A stretch of 64,000 nt of DNA from Anolis carolinensis. Its lineage: Eukaryota. A program made the position numbers and the translations under genes. Of this stretch, positions 38,601-51,700 are shown in pieces (positions within the stretch are counted from its first letter, which is position 1; every line of letters starts with the position of its first letter). The stretch is from positions 12,883,190 through 12,947,189 of the forward strand of contig NC_085846.1 of the NCBI RefSeq assembly GCF_035594765.1. The letters run 5' to 3'. The notes below the pieces were generated by a model that saw only the letters and a program-made list of their open reading frames with translations, did not search any database and was not told the origin of the DNA.

Positions 38601-41600
38601 AGAGACCTTCATATGGACAGCTCTCTCACCTCTACCTACTGCATGGACTTCCTAAACAGGGATTATTACTTGAAGAGTAGCTATGTAAATGGTGTGTGGA
38701 AACAGTAGTGCATCTGTGTTGTAAAATGGAGGAGCCAGACAAGAACAAGCCCCTTTCTAAGTCTACTGTCCTTTATACACTTAACCTAGGAGTAAATTTG
38801 AATCAAAAGGTGGTTCACATTTCATGATAAGGGCTAAAATAAACTGAAGAAAGAGAAATCAATATGTAGGTGTTCACTTATGAAATCTAATGGGTGGATT
38901 TCAAAGGCTCTGGTCCCCTATTTTGGAAGTGTTTGGTTAAAGAAACTTTTTTGAAATTTGGCCTCTAATTATAACTAGAGATTTTTTAGGCATCTCAAAA
39001 TAGATGTTTATTTTTTTCTTTTCTGTAATGAGTATAATGAATTTTAATTTTTATAATGTTGATTATAGCAATCCATATATTTAAACATTCTTATCTGTTC
39101 TCTAACCTTCAGCTCTCTATGCCAAATGCATGCCTACATAACCCAGCATTTCTCCAAACATTATTTTTTTGCTGCACCAAACAATTTATGTCTATTCTCA
39201 AGGAGCACTGACAAAGTCTACACTGAAAAATTCAAGTATGTTTTAAGATCATCATCCCACAAGTTCAGTGATGCAGTTAGAAAATGCTAGGCTGCCTATA
39301 ATCGTCTTAGTCAATGGTAATATGTATTACTTCACTTCCAATTTTTGGTGAGCTTGCTACATTCGGGGTTGTGCCCTGTCCATCCAGCTGAATGGGGCCC
39401 TGGATTGGTACCCTCAATGTTCTGACTTGATTTTACCACTGTATGCATTGTTTTTCCATCTCTACTTTGTTCCTTACCTCTTTGAACTCCTGGATTTGTG
39501 TTTGGTCGAACATGGAGAAGACATTTGAGCTTCCGCCATCTCCTGCTGCCCTTCTCTTTGCCTTCTTGGGGGCCTATAAAACAGTTAAGAGGAGAACATA
39601 CGATTAGGACACTATATCCCAGGGCAGTCATTTGTCCTTTATAGATGGTAGTCCTTTCTTTGAAAGCATCCAGGTCTGAACGTAAGATAAAGAACCTGAG
39701 GAAGAGAGAGCAATTCTTTTGAAACAGCTCATAAAAGAGCTAACAGTGGGACAACAGACTAAGATGATGACCAAATACCAAATAATAGCCTTTCCCCTAC
39801 TTTATAGTAATTCGTTCTAGTTTGGCAATTATGCAAATAATTTTGCATATTCAAATTTGATGCAATTTTGCAGTCATATACACACAAATACACATTTTGA
39901 TGATGTTTATGTTGGCTTAAGAAAAGGTTATTCCAAAAATTCTTGCTTCAGGTCAAGGAGGTTTCTATTTCATGTTTCTTTGACAGTGCTTAATTAGTGC
40001 GATACTTGTGTATATGTGTATTACTGAATATTCAGCAAATGTTTTTAAAATAGGAAACTCAAAAATGAGCAGGTTTTAGTACTACCAATCAAAACCATGA
40101 TGAAGCAATTCCATATTTCTGCCTTTAATGGATTTTACAATGACATCTGGACAGCTTATTATCCCTTTTGCAGTTCCATGAACCCAGTATGGCTCTTACA
40201 TAATAAAACAACCCCTCTACTTTAAGAGTTCACATGAGTCAGAATAAATGGATATATTGCCCAATATTTTTCTGATGGGGAAACATGTCAGTTTACGCAA
40301 ATAAAACAAACTGCTTTGGTGATAAAAAAAAGAAAAGAAACCTACATCCTATTGTTAGTCCTGACCACAGCGGACTCTTTGAATCAATGAGATTTACCTA
40401 CATGTTGACTCTCATCAACAATTGCTACGATAGGTCTTTTTTCTGTTGGAAGTAATCAACAGGATTTCATTCTCAGTATATCAGAAAATATTAGCACTCC
40501 AAAGTGGATGTGTCTAATACAGGGGTAAGAACCATGCGGTTCTCTGGATGTTGTTGGATTGCAACTCCCAGCAGCCCCAACCAGCAGAACCATTGCTGAG
40601 AAATGCAGAGAATCGCAGTCCAAAATCTGGAAGGCCAAATTAATTTTGCTCCTGAACTAATAGGAAGAAGTATACAAATAATAATAATTTTAAAGGGAGG
40701 GGTGTATGAAAGCTGCAACTTAAATCAGACTTTTAACATCTGCTCACAAGAAGAAGAGAAGGCTAACCTTTTCAGTGATTTTCTTTTCCACTAGTGATCA
40801 ATTATATGGCTTTTATATAAGCATCTTTTGATTACATACTAGCATCTCTATGTGTTTTTCTATATGTACGTAATAAGTTGGCGTGTTTGTATTAAGTTTT
40901 TGAAAGCTATTTATAGATCACAGTTCTCACGATTCTCCATCCAGAATTGTTCATATTGGCTGGAAATGTTGGAAGTTGTGGTCCAAAAATAATTTCCTCG
41001 AGCTCTCCTTCCAGCCTTGGAAACTTTCCTCTGTTGCATACAATGACCACTGGCACCCTATTTCCTATGGTCCTGCTTTTTAATTCATGTGTGCACGCAG
41101 GTTCGAACCCAGGGCAAAGAATCACTATCTAGATGAAGCACACAAAGTATTCTTAGTGCCTTTTCCATTTGATGTGTTAGATCTCACAGCTTGTCCTTAA
41201 CTGGTGATGGGAGAGGCATTTGACCATGTTTCTGAAAATGCAGGTGGAAAGGCAGGACAAAGATGTATAAGAATTAAAAAGGTCTAGTTGTACCAGATTT
41301 GCACACTGGGACCCCTAGTCTGCCTTAGAAATAAGTATGGAGAACAGTGGAGAAGAAGAAAGGAATTGTGGGCTTCTTGTTTTATGTGCTTTCAAGGCGA
41401 CTCCAACTTATGCCAATGTTGTCTTATGGTTTTCTTGGAAAGAAGTAGTCAGTTTTGCCATTGCCTTCCTCTTAGAATGAGAGAGTTCAACTTGCTGAAG
41501 ATTGCCTTGGGGTTTCTGTGGCTGAACAGGGATTTTACCTTATCCTGTTTCCCTGAAAATAAGACCTAGTAGAGGTTTTGCTGAATTGCTAAATATAAGG

Positions 41601-43267
41601 CCTCCCCCGAAAGTAAGACCTAGCAAAGTTTTTGTTTGGAAGCATGCCCGGCACCTGCCAAACAGAACACCATAGCATGCAGGATTGGTAAATGTACATA
41701 GCAGTTGTACATGGAAATAATGGTAGTAACAAGAAATTCTTGATAGGATTTACAGTTTGTCTGGTTTGGTTATGTTGGTTTGTGATGACAACTGCTGTAC
41801 AGTATATAATAAATGTTCCTTTTTTTGTTCAACAATAAATGTGAATTCTTCTTCATGGAAAAGTAAGACATTCCTCTGAAAATAAGACCTAGCGTCTCTT
41901 TGGGAGCAAAAATTAATATAAGACACTGTCTTATTTTCGGGGAAACACAGTGGTCTCCTCAAGTCCTGGTCAAACACTCAAACCAGTAAAACACACTGGC
42001 ATTCCTATGGGCTGCCATCTGAAGTTTAAAACTGCATCTTGTTTCTGATACCATGCTATCAGTGCAGCCCTTTATACATATTGATAAGCTATTAATCTGA
42101 CCTACGTGATATGGAAGGTAGTGAAGAAGTTGGTTTTGTAGTCCAATAGTCTTGCAGGCTAGTAGACGTCCTACTGAAGCTAGTGGATGTGAGTGAATGT
42201 AGGTGTGAAGCTGTAGTACGAAGGAGAAACAAGAACCTCCAAAATATATATTGCAGAATGCTTTGAAACTCCTGTATCACAAAATGCATGGCAGGGACGA
42301 CTCACATGCATGACAGTTTTTCTGAGCTGGGAAGATAGGGTCCAACACATTTCAAAGGCATATAGCCCCCACTATATGCCAATGTGCCTCTCAGTAAGGT
42401 TAAGCGCAGAGCTTCTTGGCTACAGTGCCTTGAATCCTCCAGCCAGCAGGAACCACAATTGGGACTAATGGCTTTGAATGCACACTTTTCAAAAGCATCT
42501 GCTAGTGACTCTCAGTAGCAAGGAGAAAACACATAAATACAACCCTTGTCTTTTTTGTTCAAAAACCAGAACTGTCCCCATCCCACCCACCTGTACTGGT
42601 TTCTTGTGATTTTACTGCATCCTCCTACCCTGAAAAATCTGAACCTAAAACAACATTTTGTTAGTTAAAAATAAGTATTAGTTCAGAAAGGGGTCCAGCT
42701 GATTCCTAGCAGGGCAAAGCATTCCATAGCGATCTTCAAGAAGAGGCCATTTACGTACTTCTTCTGGACTATGAGTATTCACCAGCAGGTTTCAGGTTTT
42801 GGAATTGAGTATTGGAAATCTAAGACTAAATTCCTTTCATCAAAACCCTCCAGCTGTTATCCCACATCACCCTTTTCTCGTAGGTATCCCAACACATCCC
42901 CAAATACACATATTTAGCACAAGAAATGGTGTAAAGGGGGAAAAATATATGGGAGATCTTTACAATTCTATGGAGTAAAAATCTCATTAAGGAGAGCTGC
43001 TTTCTCCTGGTTGCCCAGCATCTTTTGCATTGGGATGCCATCAAGCAAATATAAATGGCAGCCTCATCTCTTACTCCTCTTTAAATACAAAAGATCAACA
43101 GAGTAATTACTTTATACTTTTTTGGACTTTATCCTTGTTTGGTACATTTCCACAAAACCAGATAAAGGTGGGCAAAACACAAGGTGCGAGGAGTTCCTAA
43201 TTTTCTCTGTGCCTAATTTACTTTGTAACCTGTTGTCATCTGCCACCCTTTCTAATCCACTTACCAT
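32616..43267 (-). CDS. MYL11: Myosin regulatory light chain, fast skeletal muscle (170 aa)
   Basis: Exons (-): 43267-43265 (ATG|gtaagt), 39573-39478 ([32 protein letters not shown]), 35417-35342 (EF-hand [13 protein letters not shown]), 35212-35108, 34529-34451, 33487-33439, 32720-32616 (...[19 protein letters not shown]). Total 513 nt. TATA at 43379-43386 and AATAAA at 32358-32363 on the - strand. Also known as MYLPF. Confidence 0.95.
35657..35804. mobile_element. PIF/Harbinger-like MITE
   Basis: TSD TGA; same family as 11702-11851. Confidence 0.7.
41545..41950. mobile_element. Tc1/mariner-type MITE
   Basis: TIR TGTTTCCC(T/C)GAAAATAAGAC with internal subterminal repeats. Confidence 0.65.
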
Positions 43268-43500
43268 TTTTTCTCAGTGGGTAGGCAGGTGGGTCAAGAG
43301 CAGCTATGGGTGCGATGGGGATGTCCCAAGGGCCAGAAGGACGAGCAGCCTAGACACAGGCTGCAAATTCCCTTGGGGTTATATAGACTCCCTCGGTGGG
43401 AGGAGGAGCAGCTAACTATAGACAGATCTTCAAGTTTGGCTCCAGGGCTTGGGGGGGGGGGGGGAGTAGAAAAAACAGTCCAGAAATAGACTCCATCAGA
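43268..43500 (-). promoter_or_regulatory. MYL11 core promoter (TATA box)
   Basis: CTATATAA on the - strand at 43379-43386, about 110 nt upstream of the ATG exon; A/T-rich MEF2-like elements near 43412 and 43480. Confidence 0.6.
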
Positions 43501-46280
43501 ATGCAAACGGGCCAACTCCTTTCTTGGAGAAGGGAAAGGTATATTGGGTTGGGTAGTCCCTTGTTCAGAAATCTTATTATCCAAAAGGAATGTGGTACCC
43601 CAACTTTCGGTTTTACTTCAGAGATGGATTCCTACTTCCACCCGTTTCGCATATCCATGAATTTCTGCCCTGGTCAGGGTTCATCTATCATTTGCCAAGA
43701 CGAAACATATTCTTATGATTGTTTTGATTATTTCTGTGTTGCCATCAACATATATAATGTTGACAAAATATAAAAGGCCAGGTCACTACCTGGAGGAAGA
43801 AAAGGGCAATGTAGGCAGGTAGACGAAAAAACATTTATTTCCATTCCCCATAGTTACAGCAGGTTTATACTGAAGCATTTGCCAAAAAGGTGTTTTAAAT
43901 TCATTTTCTGATATTCAGGTTCTTGAATTGATGTTTTGTTAGATTCAACATTCTATATTTTTTACAATGGACCCAAACATGAATGCTAATTTGGAAACTC
44001 ATTAGTTATCTCATGAGCTATAAACTTGACAGCTTGCTTAAGAAGAATTCTAGCCACCCATTGAAACAACAGAACATCTCCTGCAGACAGAAACCCTGAC
44101 CTATAGGTACTTGCTGGCTGGGCATCTGATAACAGAACCTTAAGCTGATGTCTTGGATTCCAATTTCCATCATCCTAGCCATCATGTTGAATTGCTGTGC
44201 TGCCTAGTAGGTGATGGGAACTGCCATCTCACACAACTGGAAGGCAGTGTGTTTGAAAGCCAGTGATTACAGTGCAGGAAGGAGGAGGAATACTGACCTC
44301 ACTGTCGTTCTATCATCCTCCCTCTCTCCCAGCACAGGGTATCCAATGTCTCTGAGAAAATTTCCTTTTCGGGATGGTTGGTCCCAGCTGTCACTTGCAA
44401 GACGCCGGGGAGGAGTGGAGGCTCCTAAAGATAGCCATCTGAGCCTCTTCCCCCTTCAGCTGCCGGACAGGTTTGGGGGGTTCAGTCCATTCATCTCCAT
44501 AATCCCAGCAAATTTTCCTTCTAAAGAGCCCCTATTAGACCCACCATGTGTTCAGAGAATGGGGAGGGAGGAAAGAAGAGATTGAGAAGAACATAACAAG
44601 GTGACAATGGCTGTAGTCTGAAAGTCTGCAACTATTCAAGGTTCAAGTTTGCTTCTCATTCACCTAACAATCCTAGATTGATCTCCAGCCCTCTGAATGT
44701 TGCCACTGCTGATCCCATAGCAAAAGGGGCTTCATTTTGACAAAAGAGGAATCCCCCCATCTCTTGCATTCCTATAAACCTCGTTGCTGATGAGGGGAAC
44801 CTCTTGCTTTGAAAATGGACAATGTTGTTGACCACCACATCATCCATAAGAGCAGACGCACGTCTTGTTCACTTCTCCAATTCCAACTATTATAAGGAAC
44901 TAATATAAGGAAATAATGCCACCAGGTGACTATTGGAATATTACTGTTGAGAAGACACTGGTTCTTTGTTTCAGAGTCTTGGAAAATTACTTTTTCAGGG
45001 TAATTCCCAGAATCCTCTACTTATCATAGGCAGAATTTTAGCTGGGATAGTCTAAATGTTTCAGATAGCAAAAAAGTGATTTCCTAAGTTCAACCTGCTT
45101 TGAGTGGATGGGTGAGAAAGACTGAATGAGTAAATTGTAAGAGGAGAAAGAAGCCACATTTCCTGAGAGAGGGAACGAAACAATTTGAAAGAAGAGCTGA
45201 TTGAAAAATGAGGGATGTAATGACAAAGAGATTTTTTCCTGCTAAGATTGAGAAAGTGCAGGAAGGACAGAAGCAAGTCAGTTCAGCTGAGGGTAACCTG
45301 AGCCTCAAGCCCTTTTACATGCTGAGCTGACACATCCTGCTCCTGAAAGCATGCCCAAGATGGAGTGGAAGATTATATTCCCCACTAGCCTTGAGCAACC
45401 ACCTTCTATCCTCTCAGCCTGGGAAGAAAAATCTAGGATCCCTGGCTCTGCAAAACACAAGGATACTGCCTTATACCAAGCCCCATCATTGGCCTTTCAA
45501 GCTCAGAAATGTCTGCACTGATTGGAGATAAAGTCCTTCTCACTCCTTTCTAGAGATAGCATTTGTTGAACAAGGGACACAGAGGGTGCACTCTGTCATT
45601 CAGCATTGGTCCTTCCCATGTGCAAATGTGTGCTCTTCTTGTGTTCACAGCTGCATGACAGACATCCCGATTAAGGACTGTAGAACAATGACAAAGGACG
45701 TGCTTTGCATATACAAGAGCCCAGGTTCACTCCAATGTAAGGCCGGCAAAGAATTGAGCCTGAAAACCCAGGAGAGCCACCAGGGATTGTTCGGCTGTCC
45801 AAATAACAATGGATTGCAACTCTCATCAGCTGTTAACAGCATAACGTCCTGAAGATCACATATTCCCAAACCCTGTTACAGATAATAAGCAGGAATGGAT
45901 TAATGGATCTGACTTGTTGAAAGGCAGCTGTTCATATTCACAAGGAGCAACATTTCTCAATTGATAAGTGGGGTGCTGGCCTATTCGATTTTTGAATGAC
46001 ACCCCCAAGAAAAGAAACTACATCTTATTATTTCCATTCCATTCATATACACCTAGGCATATTATAATTTTCATTGCATCTATGTAAATTTAGGTACATT
46101 AAAACATGCATAAGAGAAGATCAGTGCAAATATAAATGTGAATGTTTGCTATTTTCTTTGATCTTTGCGGCACTTCTAAAAAACCCAAGCATTATAGTAT
46201 ATAAGATACAAGCTAGAGAAGAAGGAGAAAGATACAGATAAATGCTTAGGCAGGAAAAGAATAGATAATGATTTCAATTA

Positions 46281-46610
46281 CAGTGTTCCCTCACTAATTT
46301 GCGGTTCGCTTTTCGCGGATTCGCTGTTTCGCAGTTTTTCAACAAACTCTAAAATAATATTGTAAATCATAAAAAATTACAATTTACACTAAGGAAGGGA
46401 GAAAGGAGAAGATGAAGGGAGAGAAAAAGAGCCCAAGCGACAACAGGAGGAGAAGGTGATTTATCAACACACAATTGGTTGATAAAGACTTAAAATAGTG
46501 TATTAACTACTAAAATAATGTATAAATATTAAAATAAATATAGCGTCCCTACTTCGCAGATTTTCATTTATTGTGAGTGGTCCTGGAACACGGTAAGTGA
46601 GGGAACACTA
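46281..46610. mobile_element. Tigger-like MITE
   Basis: TIR CAGTGTTCCCTCACT, TA TSD. Confidence 0.75.
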
Positions 46611-47164
46611 TATATTTCAGCTATCTATCACTTTATCTATGTGTCTTTGTTCCATAAAGGCTCCTACAAGGCTTGATGGATGGGGACCAAAGTTGGCACA
46701 CATATCCTTCATTACTCAAAGTAATTTTGGGATTTCATCTATAAAATCTAACAGGTTTTGGTGCATGGCCCCATAATGTAAAAGATTTATGTAGTGCTTA
46801 GATGGAACCATGAGAGGACAGTATATAGTTAGAAAGGGTTAGCTACTGAACTTTAGGTATGACCACTCAGATGCAACCACAAGAGGGCAGTATATGCAAA
46901 TGTGAGTAGATAAATAGGTATCACTTTTGTAGGAAAAGGTAAAAGAGATGCTCCGCCTTCAAAGCTGAAATGAAAGGAGAAGACTCTGCCTTTGTTTGTG
47001 TTGTATGTCTCATTGTATGATACCGTAATCTGCTCTGAGTCCCTCCGGGGAGAAGTGTGGAATATAAATAAAGTGTATTATTATAATTATTCAATGCTGG
47101 CTGCTACTTCCCGACAGATATCAGGTGGTGGAATAACGGCTAAACAGCATAATTTCTTCAGCAT

Positions 47165-47690
47165 AGACATCCTGTGATGATGTGGCATGTCTCATTAAGA
47201 GCCACATCCACTATTTTAACAGAGTGAGATGTATTCCACACTGGGCATCCATATTCAGCAGCAGAGCAGCAAAGTGCAAGGGCAGATGTCTTCACTGTGT
47301 CTGGTTGTGATCCCCAGGTTGTGCCAGTCAGCTTTTGTATGATGTTATTTATAGCACCCACTTGTTTCCTGATAGACAAGCAGTGCTTCTTGTAAGTCAG
47401 AGCACGGTCCAGAGTGACTCACAATTATTTTGGTGTGCTCCGGTGGGATTCCTTCCCAGGTCATCCTCAGAGCTCGAGATACCTGTCTGTTCTTAAGATG
47501 AAAAGCACACGTCTGCATTTTAGATGGATTAGGATTCAGCTGCTTTCCCCTGTAATAGGCAGTAAGAGCACCTTAAGGTTTGCAGAGCTTCTGTTCAACC
47601 ATTTCAAAGCTCCCTGCTTGAGCGGTGATGGCACGATTGTCAGCATAGATGAAACTCTCTGTCCCTTCTGGCAATGGCTGGTCATTTGCG
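47165..47690 (-). mobile_element. Vingi LINE fragment
   Basis: NNIIQKLTGTTWG..SALALC.SAAEY..PVW..VDVALNETC.IITGCL; overlaps homology with 195-310. Confidence 0.8.
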
Positions 47691-47789
47691 CTCAGATGCA
47701 ACCACAAGAGGGCAGTATATAGTTAGAAAGGATTAGCTACAGTAGAAGCTACCAAGGCCTGGCGTGAAAGCCATGACGTTAGGCACGCA

Positions 47790-48736
47790 GCAAAGAATGC
47801 TGGGAATTTGGTCAAATTCTGGTGCAAAGAACACTTCAGGCCTTATTCCCGAAAACGCTATTCCCGCGGACATTCCTTCTTGTTTCCCATTGGTCAGGCT
47901 CTCTGCCAGTCATAGCCTCTGCAGTTCCAGCAGCCAATCAATATTTCTCCCACCCCCACTATTTCTAATTGGTCCTTGATCGCAACACTGGCTATTAAAT
48001 AGTCCGAAGATACCACCCGCCCCCTCGAACGCTACTGCAAAGGGTTGGCCTTCCTTCTTATAGGGAGGCGGAGGTTACCTCACCTTGTCGCGTCTGGCTG
48101 GTTCGGAATCACGCCACTCAATACAGTTGAGTTCTTGATTAGACGGGAACCGCCTCTTTTACGCCGTTTCCTGTTGACGTCACGCCCGTTCGTGACTCTA
48201 ATGCCGGTTCTTCTTTTGATTGGTTGAAGAGTCCTTAAAGCTCCCGCCTTTTTTTAATTCCTTCCGATAACTGCTCATTGGATCATCCTTCCCGGCTTCC
48301 CGGTTTAAGATTGGCAGGTGCTTTCCCGTTAGTCCCGCCCACCTACCCACTCTGAGAGCTTTTATCACCGCCCTTCCTCATTTGAGAGAGCAGCTCTGAA
48401 GTCCCCTCAGTGATTGGCTGCGTGACGTACCCCTCTCCATTCCGATTGGTTCGCCTTCTCAGTGCCTCGCGACTCCTCTCCCGTTCCCTCTCGTGATTGG
48501 CGGAAGCCTTTTTCCTCCTCAACGCTTATTGGCTGAACCCCGGCCTGGGAGGCCCGAAGGTGCGCGCGCACCTTGGGGTGGTTGCCTCTCTCTCCCTCAG
48601 TGCTTCCGAAGGGGGGAGTGCGAGGCTTTGGGCGCCCTCCCCCCTCCTCTCCCCCTCCCCACTCGAGCTCAGGTTTGGGCCTGGCCGCTAGGCCGCGTCC
48701 CCGCTTTGGGGGGGAGGGAGGGGGGCCTGTGCTGCC
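47790..48736 (+). promoter_or_regulatory. CpG-island promoter of TBC1D10B
   Basis: CpG-rich; about 10 CCAAT/ATTGG boxes between 47889 and 48532, perfect CRE TGACGTCA 48175-48182, GC boxes, ZNF143-like motif near 47796. Confidence 0.75.
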
Positions 48737-51700
48737 ATGGAGACCGGGTCCGGGGACACCCCAACGCCGCCCCCGAGGCACAACGCCCCTCGCTCGGGTC
48801 TCCATGCCCTCAAAGGGGTGCTCTTAGAAGACTCCGGGGTCACCATGTCAACCCATGCAGTCACTATGGAAACCGTGGAAGCCACCCTGAACACCAACGC
48901 GACGCCCCCTACAACTACAGAGACATTGACCACCATGACTGCGGAGATATCTCTTGTGGCCAACGATAAAGGAAAGGTGGCCTCTACAACTGTGGATGGG
49001 ACTTCAGTGAGAGATGAATCTTCTGGGGATGTGGACAACTCTATAACGGTCAACGGGACGTCACTGACATCCTCCCATGACGTTGGGACGGTGTCGCCGC
49101 CACCTCTGACTGCGGTGAAAGCCCTCCCAATTCCACCGGCATCGCCCACCGTGGTTGTGGTGGCCCCGAGCCCCTTGACGCCGCCGGAAAAGACTTCTCC
49201 CACATCTCCCAAAGCTTTGGCGCTTCACGATGCCTCGGCACCACCGCCACCACCCCAGGACATGGGTTCCCAGTCTAGCCTGGGCACGGTGGCCTCCAAG
49301 GCTCCCCCAGCTCCTGACACCTTGAGCTACTTGGATTCCGTCAGCCTTATGTCGGGCACCTTGGAGTCACTGACGGGACCTGGGTTCCTCGATGATGCTA
49401 GTTCCATGGGTTCAGATTCCGAGATCAATGGATTGGCATATCGTAAGACTGACAAATACGGCTTCTTAGGGGGCAGCCAGTTTTCCGTCACACTGTAAGT
49501 ATTCGCAGTCTGAGAGTTATAAGGCCCATATGTACTGACCATTTCATGCAGTGTCAAGCCACAGCTAAAGTGTTTTCATAGAAAATCCTGGAACCAGTTT
49601 GGGACCTGGATAATAATAATAAACTTTATTTGTATACCGCACTATCTTCCCCTAGGGACTCAGGGCAGTTATCAACATATAGGCAAACATTCAATTGCTG
49701 GAAGGAAAATCATACAGACTATACATCAAAAAACACATTCAGCAATATAACACAACCTAATTTTAACTTAACAAGAAGAATAACAAAACTGAAAGCATCA
49801 TAAAAAGCCAAAATCATGTTAAAACATACTAAAATAAAAATAACAATATTAAAAATCCATGTCATTGTAGTTCCATCAGTAGAGGTTCAGCAAATGAATG
49901 GCCAAGATTACAAAATGAACGTGGTCATCTTTAAAAGGGGCTGGGCAAGGGATAGTACAACAGCGTATCAAAGGGTCGGGGAAGTGGATGAAGTGCAGGA
50001 CAGAGTACTATCTGGTTACCAAGGGACCAGGCCTAGGGAGTAGTCATTCTCAAAAATGTGCTGGAACATGAAAGGAGGACAATGTGGGGGGGCTTGCCTA
50101 ATTTCCCTGGGGAGGGTGTTCCAGAGATAGTGATTAAACAAACTACAGAGCGCTGATGCACATTAAGGGCTTTCTTTTTCACGTTTTAGTGTGGAAGTCT
50201 TTGTTTGGCTTTCACAGTTTGAAGCTAGCTTTGCACTATCTTCAGTTGTCAGTGTATATTGGGCCATAGTTCACTGATTCTGATGGCAACTTCTGTAGAA
50301 GAAGGCAGTTTATTAAGGGAAATGTGTACAGATTTGATATCTGCCAAACTTAGGATGCTGAACTAGACTGAATGGAAAACAAGTATTTGATGTTAAGAAT
50401 GATAGTCTTACACTAACAAGGAAGGAGGAATAATATATTGTACTCTCAGGAGATTACAACCAACACTTCCTGGTCTGAAAGGATAGAGTTTAAGAGATAA
50501 GCCGCTGTGGATGGTGCCTAAAAGTGGCAACACAGTAGTCCAGCCTTTCCCAGCTTTGCATCCTACCTCCAAATGGGAGGAAATACTACGCCCATTACCC
50601 ACCAGCAAAGCCAGTTGTTACATCAACTAGACATATCAGTCTTGTATTGCTGGTTGTGAGGGGCTGGAGTCCATACTGTTCTCCCCAAATCTATGAATTC
50701 CTGGTAGGCTAGTCCATACTTCTCACTTTTTTCTGGGGGCCCTTCCATACAGCTGAATAAAATACCACATTATATGCTTTGAACTGGGATATATGGCAAT
50801 GTGTACTCAGATAACTCAGATCTTAACAGACTAGAGAGATGAGCCGAAAGTTTGCAGACGACACCAAACTGGGAGGGATAGCTAACACTCCAGAAGACAG
50901 GAGCAGAATTCAAAACGATCTTGACAGACTAGAGAGATGGGCCGAAACTAACAAAATGAAGTTCAACAGGGACAAATGCAAGATACTTCACTTCGGCAGA
51001 AAAAATGGAATGCAAAGATACAGAATGGGGGACTCCTGGCTCGACAGCAGTACATGTGAAAAAGATCTTGGAGTCCTCGTGGACAACTAGTTAAATATGT
51101 GCCAACAATGTGATGCGGCTGCTAAGAAAGCCAATGGAATTTTGGCCTGCATCAATAGGGGAATAGCATCTAGATCCAGGGAAGTCATGCTACCCCTCTA
51201 TTCTGCCTTGGTCAGACCACACCTGGAATACTGTGTCCAATTCCAACCGCAGTTGAAGGGAGATGTTGACAAGCTGGAATGTGTCCAGAGGAGGGCAACT
51301 AAAATGATCAAAGGTCTGGAGAACAAGCCCTATGAGGAGCGGCTTAAAGAACTGGGCATGTTTAGCCTGCAAAAGAGAATGCTAAGAGGAGACATGATAG
51401 CCATGTACAAATATGTGAGGGGAAGTCATAGGTAGGAGGGAGCAAGCTTGTTTTCTGCTGCCCGGCAGACTAGGACGCGGAACAATGGCTTCAAACTACA
51501 GGAAAGGAGATTCCACCTGAACATCAGGAAGAACTTCCTCACTGTGAGGGCGGTTCGGCAATGGAACTCTCTCCCCCGGACTGTGGTGGAGGCTCCTTTT
51601 TTGGAGGCTTTTGAACAGAGGCTGGATGGCTATCTGTCGGGGGTGCTTTGAATGCGATTTCTTGCTTCTTGGCAGGGGGTTGGACTGGATGGCCCATGAG

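Noticed and set aside
48407-49253. Several 130-170 aa ORFs on both strands
   Set aside because: GC-rich CpG-island and antisense shadows of TBC1D10B exon 1; no recognisable domains.
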